A stretch of DNA of 63,283 nt from Obrimoposthia wandeli (Eukaryota). Numbering within the stretch: position 1 is the first letter of the stretch; each line of letters opens with the position of its first letter. The stretch covers positions 372,001 through 435,283 of the forward strand of contig CDROCS010002422.1 in assembly GCA_977020255.1 (NCBI GenBank), read 5' to 3'. Positions 1 to 9,826 of this stretch are shown piece by piece. The translations under genes were made by a program, and so were the position numbers. A model generated the notes under the pieces. That model was given only the letters and a program-made list of their open reading frames with translations, was not told the DNA's origin and did no database searches.

Positions 1-966
1 AAATAAGTACTCACCGCCACCACCTGAGCAAACTTCCTTTAAAAAGCCAGCTTGTTTCACTAAAATAACGGCCGCTGTAATCGGCACATTCATTAATTTA
101 TGCGCATCCCAAGCCACAGAATCAGCTAGTTCAGATCCCTTCAATAAATGCTTATGTTTTTCACTAAACAGTACCGGCGCTCCCCATGCACCATCAATAT
201 GCAGCCAAATGTCGTAGCGCTTAGCTATTTGTGAACACTGCGTCACATCATCGTATGCACCTATTACAGTAGTACCTGCGGTTAATCCAATAAAGAACGG
301 CGTGTGTCCTTTTTCAATAGCACGCTTTATTTCGATCTCTAGTTGTTCAGGGTCTATCTTGCCATCGCTATCACTTTTAACCGCGATTAAATTATCGCTG
401 CCAATACCTAATACATTCACCGCTTTCAGACTTGAGTAATGTGCTTGATCTGAAACAAAAGCAACCAGCGTTTTACCACCTAGCCCTTGGGTTTTAGCTT
501 GTGGTGCTGCTTTGTGTCTGGCAAGTAACATGCCGATAAGGTTCGCTTGGCTACCCCCGCTAACCATCACGCCATCGCTTTGTTCAGGATCAAATCCAAC
601 TAATTGATTCCATTGTTTAATTAGCTCAAGCTCCATCAAGGTAGCGACAGGCCCTACCTGATAAGTATGCATAGTGGCATTAGAGAGGCTTGTCACCCAA
701 TCTCCAAGCACTGCAGGCGCATTTAAGCCGGAATAAAGCAGCTTAAAGAAATTTGTTTGTGATACTTCAGGATTGTAATGTAAGTAAGCCTGTGCGCTTT
801 CAAGTAGCTGTTCAGCGCTCGCGCCTTCATCAGTTAAGCCAACATCTAACAATTGTTGTAACGCTTGAGCGTTAGGTGCTTGAGACACAGGACGATCTTT
901 AGGGAGCTGCTCAATTAGAGTTGTTAGCAGCTCTAAGCTATTTTGTAATGAAATAGGACTGGCCAT
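1..966 (-). CDS. Group II PLP-dependent amino-acid decarboxylase (GAD/CSAD/DDC-like), 3'-truncated by window edge
   Basis: Not in ORF track. Manual translation from ATG at 966 is open to position 1 and contains SGGSQANL, SDQAHYS, TAGTTVIGAYDD, WLHIDGAWG and the PLP-lysine motif SVAWDAHK. Confidence 0.9.
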   Translation of the reverse strand, partial: MASPISLQNSLELLTTLIEQLPKDRPVSQAPNAQALQQLLDVGLTDEGASAEQLLESAQAYLHYNPEVSQTNFFKLLYSGLNAPAVLGDWVTSLSNATMHTYQVGPVATLMELELIKQWNQLVGFDPEQSDGVMVSGGSQANLIGMLLARHKAAPQAKTQGLGGKTLVAFVSDQAHYSSLKAVNVLGIGSDNLIAVKSDSDGKIDPEQLEIEIKRAIEKGHTPFFIGLTAGTTVIGAYDDVTQCSQIAKRYDIWLHIDGAWGAPVLFSEKHKHLLKGSELADSVAWDAHKLMNVPITAAVILVKQAGFLKEVCSGGGGEYLF

Positions 967-1296
967 TTATATTTCCTAGGTGCTTAGTTTATAACGGTGA
1001 AGTTTTTGCATTAAACTGGCATTGGTGAAAAATCGCAATCACCATTAATATAGATCTGTGCATTAGCTTCACTTGTGTGGTTATGTCAGCACAAGTGCAG
1101 TAATAGTTCAATTTAGTGCAAGATTTAATAGTATAATTTTTTATTGATTCATTGTGCCAATGCTAAATTTGTTAACCGTAGTTACTTTCTGTAATAAAGA
1201 AGGCTTGGTTTAAATTAGCATTGCTTAATAAGCATTATTAAGTCATTATCACTTATATCAGAATGATCGTTCTGCAACTAATTTAAAAGGCCAAAC

Positions 1297-1857
1297 ATGA
1301 AATTATACGCAAGTTATACCTCTCCCTTTGCTCGCCACTGTCGTATCGCCCTGTTACAAGGAAACGTTGAATGTGAGTTCATCGATACTGATTACGCACA
1401 AAGTGCGGCAAACTCAGCAACGCAAAAAGTTCCTTTTTTAGAAGATGGAGAATTAAAACTTACTGACTCTAGCTCAATTTTGTTCCACATAGCACAAAAA
1501 TCAGGTGGCACTTTCATTAAAGATACCCAAGAACAAGAGTTATTCAGTATGACGAATACTTGCTTAGATGCCACTATCAACCTGTTTTTATTGGAGAATG
1601 ATGGCATTAAAGCAGAAGCTAGCGGTTATTTACAGCGCCAGCAAAACCGTATTGTCTCTGCACTTAAAGAATTAAACGATAAAGTTGAAAACTTAAGTGG
1701 CCCGTTAAATACAGCACAAATGCGTTTAGCTTGTTATGTGGATTGGGCGCTTTTCAGAAAGCGTATTAGCATTGATGGATTAGATAACCTACAAGCATTA
1801 CTTGAAAATGCGCGTACGGATGCTAGTTTCAATGAAACCGCTATTCCAGGTTCTTAA
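1297..1857 (+). CDS. Glutathione S-transferase family protein
   Basis: N-terminal LYASYTSPFAR...KVPFLEDG...DSSSI GST_N signature. Confidence 0.8.
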   Translation: MKLYASYTSPFARHCRIALLQGNVECEFIDTDYAQSAANSATQKVPFLEDGELKLTDSSSILFHIAQKSGGTFIKDTQEQELFSMTNTCLDATINLFLLENDGIKAEASGYLQRQQNRIVSALKELNDKVENLSGPLNTAQMRLACYVDWALFRKRISIDGLDNLQALLENARTDASFNETAIPGS

Positions 1858-1923
1858 TATCTTGAAATAGCTACTTCAGGATTCAAACACATCAGTTTAC
1901 ATCCTGAATTAGCTATCCAATAG

Positions 1924-2075
1924 CATTGCTGTCCGGTTAAAAAGTGTAAGCCCTCTAACTCGTTGATTTGTGGTTTTCTAGCATCGTAAATTGGATTTTT
2001 TCAGCCGAATAACAATTGTCGTTAACGTAAAATCAATGAGTTAAAGAACAACAAAAATTAAACCGGACACTAATG
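1924..2075. mobile_element. 152-bp MITE, copy 1, with 9-bp target site duplication
   Basis: Imperfect TIRs CATTGCTGTCCGGTTAA / TTAAACCGGACACTAATG. ATCCAATAG is duplicated at 1915-1923 and 2076-2084. An inverted homologue lies at 47774-47925. Confidence 0.9.
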
Positions 2076-2098
2076 ATCCAATAGCTTAATTATTTAAG

Positions 2099-2992
2099 CT
2101 ATTGGATAGGAAGATATACTTCAGTGATCAACTTAGCTTCTGACACTTCTGGAAAAAAGTTAATATATTTAAAAAAACACGGAAAATCTCTTAAGCTATA
2201 ACCTGATTCAAGTAACCATTGCCCATACAGATAATGAATTTTTTCATCTAATAACGAATGGGATCCGAGGTGCACTATTTGCGCGCATAACCCTGCGGGT
2301 ATTAATTTATTCACAATACCATCATCGTTTTTTGCCACTGCCTTTATTACTTCACCGCAAATATCAAACTTAAAATCTTCGGGCACGGTTGTTGCTGGAT
2401 CTGAATAAGCTAAACCAAAAGTTGCACTGCTCTTAATGGGTGACAGCTGAGTCTTTTTGCGCCAAGTAATAAACGCTTCAATTGAATAGTTCAACCCTTC
2501 AACTGCACCCTTGTGTTCGTAAACAGCAACGCGAGTCTCTTCAAACCTTACTAAATTCACTTCCATAGCTGTATCTGTACTTGCATTCATAGCCACCTTA
2601 CCTCGTGAAATATTATATTGATATTTTAGATGCCAAGCTTTCCATAGTGGGGTAGCTCTAAATTGCGAAGGCGTTTGAGCAAAGGTTTTTTTAAAAGCGC
2701 GGCTAAATGATTCAGAACCCGCAAATTGCGCATCTAAAGCAATATCCAGCACACTCTTATCGAGATTAAACACCAACTGATAAGAAGCTCTTTTCAATCT
2801 TAATAACTGTAAATATTTAAATAAGCTAATACCGGTATATTCACAAAATTGACGATGAAAATGAAACTTTGAAAAACAAGCCACTTCACTGAGTAATGAA
2901 AGATTTAGATCCTCATCTAAATGTTGATCTATGTAGTCAAACACAGCGAGCATCTTTTGCTGATAACGCTGTTTATGTACGCTTATTTTCAT
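2099..2992 (-). CDS. AraC-family regulator with C-terminal GyrI-like domain
   Basis: ACFSKFHFHRQF, SESFSRAFKK AraC HTH motifs plus GyrI-like tail. ATG 2992 preferred over GTG 3001. Confidence 0.88.
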   Translation of the reverse strand: MKISVHKQRYQQKMLAVFDYIDQHLDEDLNLSLLSEVACFSKFHFHRQFCEYTGISLFKYLQLLRLKRASYQLVFNLDKSVLDIALDAQFAGSESFSRAFKKTFAQTPSQFRATPLWKAWHLKYQYNISRGKVAMNASTDTAMEVNLVRFEETRVAVYEHKGAVEGLNYSIEAFITWRKKTQLSPIKSSATFGLAYSDPATTVPEDFKFDICGEVIKAVAKNDDGIVNKLIPAGLCAQIVHLGSHSLLDEKIHYLYGQWLLESGYSLRDFPCFFKYINFFPEVSEAKLITEVYLPIQ

Positions 2993-3099
2993 GTTTCCCA
3001 CTATATTCCTTAGACAACCTTTAACTAAAAGGCATATATAGTATGAACAACGCGTACATATTTCACATGATCAAACTTGCTGTTTTTAGCTAGCAAAGG

Positions 3100-4047
3100 T
3101 TATTTTCTTTTCTTGCTGACCGCTAAAAATAGGCCTGGCAGAATCAATAGCGCTCCCAGTAAATGAAAGCGCTCTAACTCTTCGCCTAAAATAACCCAAG
3201 CTAGAGCCGCGTTATACAACGGAATTGCATACATCACTAAAGAGGCTTTTGAAGCACCCAGTGTGTTAATGATGTAAGCGTAAGCTGCATATGCCGTGAC
3301 AGAAGAGATAAGCGCTAAAAAGGGAATAGTTAGTACAAAAGTGTCAATAAATTCGCTGGTGATAAGTTCAGGTAATTGCTGGTACAGCTCAACTGCCGCA
3401 AAGGGCGCGAGTACTATAACCCCACCAATAGACATCGCCGTGAAACGTAAAAACAGGCTCAACTGACTTTTTAAATGCCCTTGCCATAGCGAATAAAAGC
3501 CCCAGGAAGCAGTTGCTGCTAACACCCAAATATCACCGACGGTGAAATTCAGTTGCTTAAGCACTTGTAAATCACCTTTTGCAACAATCACTAAAACCCC
3601 TACAAACGCAAATACCACCCCCATCATTTGGCGCTTACTTAAATGTACGGCATACAAAAGGCGGGCAAAAATAATGACAAAAATGGGCGACAGTGCATAG
3701 ATCAAACCAATATTGGTCGCCGTTGTGGTATGTGCACCAATATAAGGAAATGCGCCACAAATTCCCATCCCCAATACGCCAAGCATTAATAGCTGGCGCC
3801 ATTCTTGCGCTAAAATAGCTCTAGCTTGATATAGCTGAACACCAATGAAAGGCAACAGCACCATCACCGCAACCAGCCAACGGGTGAAAGCCAGCGTAAA
3901 GGGAGGGATCGTATCAGCCACTGCGCGCGCCACTATCATGTTCGAGCAAAGCAAAGCCGGGGTCAATAACAGCACTAGCAGCGCCCATTGCTGTTGTGTC
4001 AAAAGAAACTTTTTGGGGTTATCGGTGTTTAATGCAGGTGATGTCAA
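3100..4047 (-). CDS. DMT/EamA family transporter
   Basis: About 10 TM segments in two EamA repeats. Confidence 0.85.
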   Translation of the reverse strand: MTSPALNTDNPKKFLLTQQQWALLVLLLTPALLCSNMIVARAVADTIPPFTLAFTRWLVAVMVLLPFIGVQLYQARAILAQEWRQLLMLGVLGMGICGAFPYIGAHTTTATNIGLIYALSPIFVIIFARLLYAVHLSKRQMMGVVFAFVGVLVIVAKGDLQVLKQLNFTVGDIWVLAATASWGFYSLWQGHLKSQLSLFLRFTAMSIGGVIVLAPFAAVELYQQLPELITSEFIDTFVLTIPFLALISSVTAYAAYAYIINTLGASKASLVMYAIPLYNAALAWVILGEELERFHLLGALLILPGLFLAVSKKRK

Positions 4048-4113
4048 CGCTTAGTCTCTCTTAAATGCTAGCTTAGGCTACTCGATCGTGAAAATATGCA
4101 TTCATTCTCGTGA

Positions 4114-5034
4114 TCAGCTGCCAAACTCAGGATAATTATCAACCAGATGGTTGACCAATAATTTTAATCGCTCTGGGATATATTTAGATTGTGCATATTG
4201 TAATCTAAGTGTGCCTTGATAGTTATGCTTTATACACCAGTTTGGTAACACTCTGATTAAATTACCCTTATTGATTTCATCTAACGCGATAAAATCTGGC
4301 AGTAAACCGACGCCTAAATGTTGTTTGATGGCATTTAAACGCATTTGTGAATGATTTACACAGTAGCGCCCTGTTACCTCAACCGTGACTTTTTGACGCC
4401 CGTCTGAAAAGTTTAAAATATTGCTATCAGCACTTTCTCCAAGGGTAATACAGCTATGTTGGCTGAGTTCTTGTGGGTTATTTATCTGGCCTTTTTGCTG
4501 TATATACTGCGTACTCGCGCACAAAATAATACGTACCTTGGCTAATTCTTTAGCGATAAGGCCTAAATTCGGGCGCTCGGTAAGTGATACTAATAAATCA
4601 ACTTCGTTGTAAATGGGATCCACAATATGATCAGTCACTTTTATATGTAACGAAATCTGCGGATGCTTTAAAGCGAATGAAAGTAATAGCGGCTCTAAAA
4701 TGTGCTTCGCTATCGCTTTAGGCGCCGCTATGCGAATCACTCCTTGCAGCTCTGAACGCGTCAAGCTGGCAATAGTTGCCGCTTCTCTAGCTGAATCTAA
4801 CATCGTTCGACAAAGCTCGTACACAGGTTTACCTGCTGCGCTGAGTTGCATTTTGCGTGTCGTTCGCTCTAACAACTTAACCGACAAACTTTGCTCTAGA
4901 CGCGCTATCTGACGGCTAACCGTTGAAGGGGTTAGCGCGAGCTTTCGGCCTGCCGCACTAAAGCTTCCCTCTTCCACAACCGTCACTAAAACCGCCATAT
5001 CAGGTAGCGAAGTAATGAGCTTATTTATGTTCAT
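4114..5034 (-). CDS. LysR-family regulator
   Basis: EEGSFSAAGRKLALTPSTVSRQIARLE, LLERTTR. Likely start is ATG 5034. Confidence 0.92.
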   Translation of the reverse strand: MNINKLITSLPDMAVLVTVVEEGSFSAAGRKLALTPSTVSRQIARLEQSLSVKLLERTTRKMQLSAAGKPVYELCRTMLDSAREAATIASLTRSELQGVIRIAAPKAIAKHILEPLLLSFALKHPQISLHIKVTDHIVDPIYNEVDLLVSLTERPNLGLIAKELAKVRIILCASTQYIQQKGQINNPQELSQHSCITLGESADSNILNFSDGRQKVTVEVTGRYCVNHSQMRLNAIKQHLGVGLLPDFIALDEINKGNLIRVLPNWCIKHNYQGTLRLQYAQSKYIPERLKLLVNHLVDNYPEFGS

Positions 5035-5180
5035 TGCGCACAAGTCCTTATCATAATTACCTCTTTTGTATCTTGAACACACAAATTATACTGTAATTAT
5101 TGGCAATCAACGATTACTGCTAGATTAATTTCTAGTTGTTCGTGCTTATAGCTTTGTTCACTCATATTTACTCTATAGGA

Positions 5181-6170
5181 ATGACTATGTTTACCACTTC
5201 AGATGCATCATTAAGTAAAGATCAGATAAAAGTAGCCTTGGCGCAAATTGCCCCTGTATGGCTAGATAGAAATGCAACCATCGCTAAAGTGATCACCATG
5301 ATCGACCAAGCAGGTAGCGAGCAAGTTGATTTAGTGGCTTTTGGAGAGGCCTTAGTTCCGGGTTATCCTTTTTGGGTATCTGCCACTGATGGTGCAAGGT
5401 TTAACGCTCAAGATCAAAAAGAATTACACTCCCACTACACCGACCAAGCAGTGCAAATAGAAGCGGGGCATTTAGATGATGTGTGTGAAGCGGCTAAAGC
5501 TAATCGTTGCTCTGTTTATTTAGGCATCATTGAGCGTGCACAAAATAGAGGAGGACACAGCTTGTATTGCACAATGGTTTATATTGATAAGCTCGGTGTT
5601 ATTGGCTCTACACACCGTAAGTTAATGCCCACTTACGAAGAGCGCTTAACCTGGGCACCTGGCGATGGCAACGGCTTACGCGTGCACAATGTAGGAGCCT
5701 TTCACACAGGCGGCTTAAACTGTTGGGAAAACTGGATGCCACTTTCTAGAGCAGCTTTGTACGGTTTAGGTGAAGATTTACACGTGGCAATTTGGCCGGG
5801 CTGTGATCGAAATACACACGATTTAACCAAGTTTATCGCCAAGGAGGGCCGTTCCTTTTCAATGGCGGCTAGCGGTTTAATGCGCAAAGCTGATTTCCCC
5901 AAGGACACACCGCATTTATCGGCTATTTTAGCAGGCGTTGGGGATAACGAAATAGTCTCCAATGGTGGATCTTGTTTAGCTGGCCCTGATGGTGAATGGA
6001 TTATTGAACCGCAATGCGATGAAGAAGGTTTATATACTGCAGTGATAGATCATGGCCGTGTGCGAGAAGAGCGTCAGAACTTTGATGTTGCCGGCCACTA
6101 CAGTCGCCCAGATATCACTAAACTAACAGTTGATCGACGCCGCCAGTCTCTAGTCGAAACGATTGACTAA
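5181..6170 (+). CDS. Nitrilase (carbon-nitrogen hydrolase family)
   Basis: Glu-Lys-Cys triad in GEALVPGYP, HRKLMPT, LNCWEN, plus GHYSRPD tail. AGGA precedes ATG 5181. Confidence 0.9.
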   Translation: MTMFTTSDASLSKDQIKVALAQIAPVWLDRNATIAKVITMIDQAGSEQVDLVAFGEALVPGYPFWVSATDGARFNAQDQKELHSHYTDQAVQIEAGHLDDVCEAAKANRCSVYLGIIERAQNRGGHSLYCTMVYIDKLGVIGSTHRKLMPTYEERLTWAPGDGNGLRVHNVGAFHTGGLNCWENWMPLSRAALYGLGEDLHVAIWPGCDRNTHDLTKFIAKEGRSFSMAASGLMRKADFPKDTPHLSAILAGVGDNEIVSNGGSCLAGPDGEWIIEPQCDEEGLYTAVIDHGRVREERQNFDVAGHYSRPDITKLTVDRRRQSLVETID

Positions 6171-6218
6171 CCATACAGAAACGATTGATTACAGGGTATA
6201 TTTATTACTAACTAGTGC

Positions 6219-6392
6219 TCATCTTGAAACGGGGTCGTCGCGAGAGCGTTTCAATGATTCAAGATACGTACTACTAGATATGGGCGTTTGGTTATTCCAA
6301 ATAACTAGATCTTGTAGTGGGTAGATTGAGTTAGTGATGCGTTCGCAGTAGGCATTCGTTTCTGGATGGGCACTAACTAAGTAATAAGTCAT
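6219..6392 (-). pseudogene. Possible N-terminal fragment of a flavodoxin-fold NAD(P)H quinone reductase
   Basis: MTYYLVSAHPETNAYCERI resembles the xxAHPxxxS start of Flavodoxin_2 proteins. It stops after 57 aa. Confidence 0.3.
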
Positions 6393-6547
6393 GTTAAAGT
6401 CGGCTGTTTGTCGCCTTAAAGTCGTCACTGCTTTTAATATTTTTACTGGATAATGCAAAAACGTGCTGCAATAGATTATTCTAAGCTTTGTATTTAGCCC
6501 TATTATCAACCGTTGAATCACTGGGCTTAGAATCAATAGAGGAAGTT

Positions 6548-7018
6548 ATGATCGTTCGAAAACTAAGGTTACAACGCGCTTGGTCGCAAGAACAATTAGC
6601 CCAGCTAAGTGGTTTAAGTGTTCGTACAATTCAGCGAATTGAACGTGGTCAAAAAGGCGGTCTTGAATCTATGAAATCTTTAGCAGCTGTTTTTGAAATT
6701 CCACTCGCTGATTTATCCCAGCAGGAGAACGATATGCACCCTCAAACAGGTTTAACTACTCAAGAAACACAAGCTCTGCAACAGGTAAGAGATATAAAAG
6801 GGTTTTACACGCACCTGATCAAATACGCCATCATCGTGGGTGGATTATTTATCATCAATTTCTCAACTAGCCCCGATTACATATGGGCCTGGTGGGTCGC
6901 TTTAGGCTGGGGCATTGGGGTGATGTCACACGGCTTAAGTGTATTTGAAATCTTCAGCTTCTTTGGCCCCCAGTGGGAACAAAAGCAAGTTGAGAAGAAG
7001 CTCGGCAGAAAACTGTAG
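6548..7018 (+). CDS. XRE-family HTH regulator fused to a 2TM domain
   Basis: LRLQRAWSQEQLAQLSGLSVRTIQRIERG then two TM helices ending WEQKQVEK. GAGG precedes ATG 6548. Confidence 0.85.
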   Translation: MIVRKLRLQRAWSQEQLAQLSGLSVRTIQRIERGQKGGLESMKSLAAVFEIPLADLSQQENDMHPQTGLTTQETQALQQVRDIKGFYTHLIKYAIIVGGLFIINFSTSPDYIWAWWVALGWGIGVMSHGLSVFEIFSFFGPQWEQKQVEKKLGRKL

Positions 7019-7039
7019 ATAAAATTTCTATTTTTTCAG

Positions 7040-7528
7040 CTAGCGATTATTACCTGCTATAAAATTTTCAAGCGCTTCTATCCTTACAGGCCCTGCTTGC
7101 ATACCGACGATTTCACCTTGTGGGTTATAAAGTATGAAAGTGGGTGTGCCTCTAAAAGCACTGCCGGTTAGCTGTTGAAAGTTAATCGCCATGATAGGTA
7201 ATTCAACTAAAAATGAGGGGAATTTCATTCCTGTTTCGCGCATAAATCGTTGCGCCAAGTCTTTGTTCTTTTGCCCGTCAATACTCACTCCAATAACTTG
7301 GGCATCAACACCGCTGTGTTTAAGATGAAACTTACTTAACGCGGGCGTCTCTTGGCGACAAATACCGCAGCTATGGCTCCAAAAGACCACAACGGACCAT
7401 TTCCCATTAGCTACTTGCTCTTCAAGAGATGATTTTTTACCTTCGAAACTGACAAGTGCTAGTGCATACACACTGCTGCTACAAAAGATGGCTAGTACAA
7501 AAGATATTTTTAATATTATGCTTTTCAT
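7040..7528 (-). CDS. TlpA-like thioredoxin / disulfide reductase, exported
   Basis: Signal peptide, FWSHSCGIC (CxxC), GTPTFILYNPQG. Confidence 0.87.
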   Translation of the reverse strand: MKSIILKISFVLAIFCSSSVYALALVSFEGKKSSLEEQVANGKWSVVVFWSHSCGICRQETPALSKFHLKHSGVDAQVIGVSIDGQKNKDLAQRFMRETGMKFPSFLVELPIMAINFQQLTGSAFRGTPTFILYNPQGEIVGMQAGPVRIEALENFIAGNNR

Positions 7529-7768
7529 TGGAATCTCAGCACTCGTTAGTTTTCAACCAAAACGTTACCCTCTTGAGAGTAATTCAATGGTTGAAAATGC
7601 GGGCGATTAAAAAGGGACGCTTGGTTATGCCAAATAGAGCCATCTAATGGTGTGCAGAATGCTCTAATCACGCGTTCACAGTAAGTATCTATTTGGATGG
7701 AAACAAGTTATATGTTGTTTTTAGAGCGTAAAGGGTGGCTCAAGTTCAAAAGATAAATAATTAAGCAA

Positions 7769-9826
7769 TCATTGCTTTTTCAGTTGTTTAATTAAAATAT
7801 CTAACTGTTGTAAGGAAACTCGTTTAACTGCACTTATGTCATAAAGCAGCTTATCTAGCACTTTTGAAATTGCAATTAGCGTCGGTTCATTAATAGGGCT
7901 ATGCTGAGCTGCACGCTGTAAAAAAGCATTTGAAGTTTCTCCTTTTTCACGTGTTAAGTGCATTTTAGCCAACACTTTATCTAACTTCCTCAAGCGTACA
8001 ATAACGTCACTCTCCTTTTTCTTAGTTAACCCAAAAAATCGCCTAATAAATAGCGGGACCAACATTAAACTTATAACAGCCAGTAATAGCAAGCCAATGC
8101 GCCAAGCATCAATTCCACCTAAAAAGCGCGTAACTAAAGCTAGTTGCAACTTGTTGTCATATCCTAACACCCAGCGATGCCATTGATAATTAACATTATC
8201 CCAACGTAATCTAAATTGCCTCATGAGGCTGGATTGGTTTAAGCTGGTGATTAAACTGCTCCCTTGGGTTAATTGCGCAAGATAATCACTGGCACCACTT
8301 TCAATACGTTGCGGTGCTACCGCAGTTGTAGGATCTAATTTTATCCAGCCCTTGCCCGCAAGCCACACTTCCACCCACGCATGTGCTGCAGCTTGCGTCA
8401 CTAACAAATAGCGATGATCACTGCTCCACTGCCCACCTTGATATCCCGCTGCAATACGACTTGGTATACCTGCCGCCCTTAAGATAAAAGCAGTGCTACT
8501 TGCAAAATGCTCACAGTAGCCACGCTGCTTATTAAATAAGAAATCATCAATACCATCTTTAGCATTCATTTTTCCAGGCGCGAGTGTATAAGTGAACTGC
8601 TCACTATATTTTTGCATGATGGCATCGATAATCTGTTGCTTATCGCTGAATTTTTGTACTAGCGCAGCAGCATACTGGCGTGTTTTTGGGTTTTCTTGTT
8701 TGGGAAGTGCGGTTAATTTTTGATACTTCAGTGCTGACAATCCTCTTAAATCAACGTAGTCAGGATATGATTTAATAGTATATTGAAAGCGGTTTTGCAA
8801 ACTCTCACGCTTAGTCAAACTATAATCTTGCCACTGTGCTATTTGTGAATTGCTTGTGGTTGCTGTGTTTAATGCATACAGCCAAGGCTGGTCACTATTT
8901 TCTAGCATTACTTGATAACTTATGCTGTTTTTCGTGGTAGAAATCGCGCTGCTTTGAGCGGCTGATAATGGTGTCAAACGCTGCGTAGAGCGGCGCCAAG
9001 TTTTACCATCAAAGTTTTCAAGTATCACTCCTCGCCAATAAAGCTGCGCGTTATCAATTTTTTCAGGATTGGCAAAAGTGATGCGCATAGCCGCCGAATC
9101 ATCCTGATTTAACTTGGCAATATCACCCACTGAAAGGCTGTCGGTTACTCCTGTTTTGGCTATTTTACTGCTAAGCGGTACTTGCCATAAACTGCCAATC
9201 TTGGGGATAACTAAAAATAACACCACCGCAATGGGCAACGCCTGTAAAAAAAGCAGCAGCGTTTTGTTAAAATAACGCCATTGACTAATACTTTGATACT
9301 CGACAGATGTTGCTATCTTTGAAAGCGGCTTATGCAATTCACAGCACAGTTGCAGCAAGCAAAAATGGAGCAGCAATAAACAAAACACTACATAACAAAA
9401 TGCAATAAGGCTATTGTCAAATAACAACTGGCTTGCACTGATGAAGCAGCCCAAAAACACCATTAAAATATAGTCGCGCTTGCTTGTGAGCTCGATCGTT
9501 TTAAGGCACATCGTTAGTACTAATAAGGCCATGAAATTTTGTAGTGAATACCCACTATCACTACTGATAAATAATAGCAGTACTGCGACTAACACTAACG
9601 CAAGCTTAGTGAATTTACTGATCGCTGAAATCTTGCGCCTAACAATTTGTATTCGCATAAAAAACAGTGTTAAGCACAGCGGCAACATCCACCAAGGTAA
9701 CTGCTCAAATAGAGGGAGAAGCGCAGCGCACTGCACTAACATCAGCAATACAATATGTTTTACTAACAGTGCATCTGTCACTATAATTTCTTGAGCGGGT
9801 GAGTGCTTTTTTGTAACAGCCATCAT
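7769..9826 (-). CDS. tgpA: Membrane-anchored transglutaminase-like protein (TgpA/DUF3488)
   Basis: N-terminal TM domain and RGYCEHFAS, AHAWVEV, LDPT catalytic Cys-His-Asp. Confidence 0.88.
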   Translation of the reverse strand: MMAVTKKHSPAQEIIVTDALLVKHIVLLMLVQCAALLPLFEQLPWWMLPLCLTLFFMRIQIVRRKISAISKFTKLALVLVAVLLLFISSDSGYSLQNFMALLVLTMCLKTIELTSKRDYILMVFLGCFISASQLLFDNSLIAFCYVVFCLLLLHFCLLQLCCELHKPLSKIATSVEYQSISQWRYFNKTLLLFLQALPIAVVLFLVIPKIGSLWQVPLSSKIAKTGVTDSLSVGDIAKLNQDDSAAMRITFANPEKIDNAQLYWRGVILENFDGKTWRRSTQRLTPLSAAQSSAISTTKNSISYQVMLENSDQPWLYALNTATTSNSQIAQWQDYSLTKRESLQNRFQYTIKSYPDYVDLRGLSALKYQKLTALPKQENPKTRQYAAALVQKFSDKQQIIDAIMQKYSEQFTYTLAPGKMNAKDGIDDFLFNKQRGYCEHFASSTAFILRAAGIPSRIAAGYQGGQWSSDHRYLLVTQAAAHAWVEVWLAGKGWIKLDPTTAVAPQRIESGASDYLAQLTQGSSLITSLNQSSLMRQFRLRWDNVNYQWHRWVLGYDNKLQLALVTRFLGGIDAWRIGLLLLAVISLMLVPLFIRRFFGLTKKKESDVIVRLRKLDKVLAKMHLTREKGETSNAFLQRAAQHSPINEPTLIAISKVLDKLLYDISAVKRVSLQQLDILIKQLKKQ

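Noticed and set aside
7550-7597. Long hairpin TTTTCAACCA...TGGTTGAAAA upstream of the TlpA gene
   Set aside because: Single copy, plausibly a terminator or operator, with no further support.
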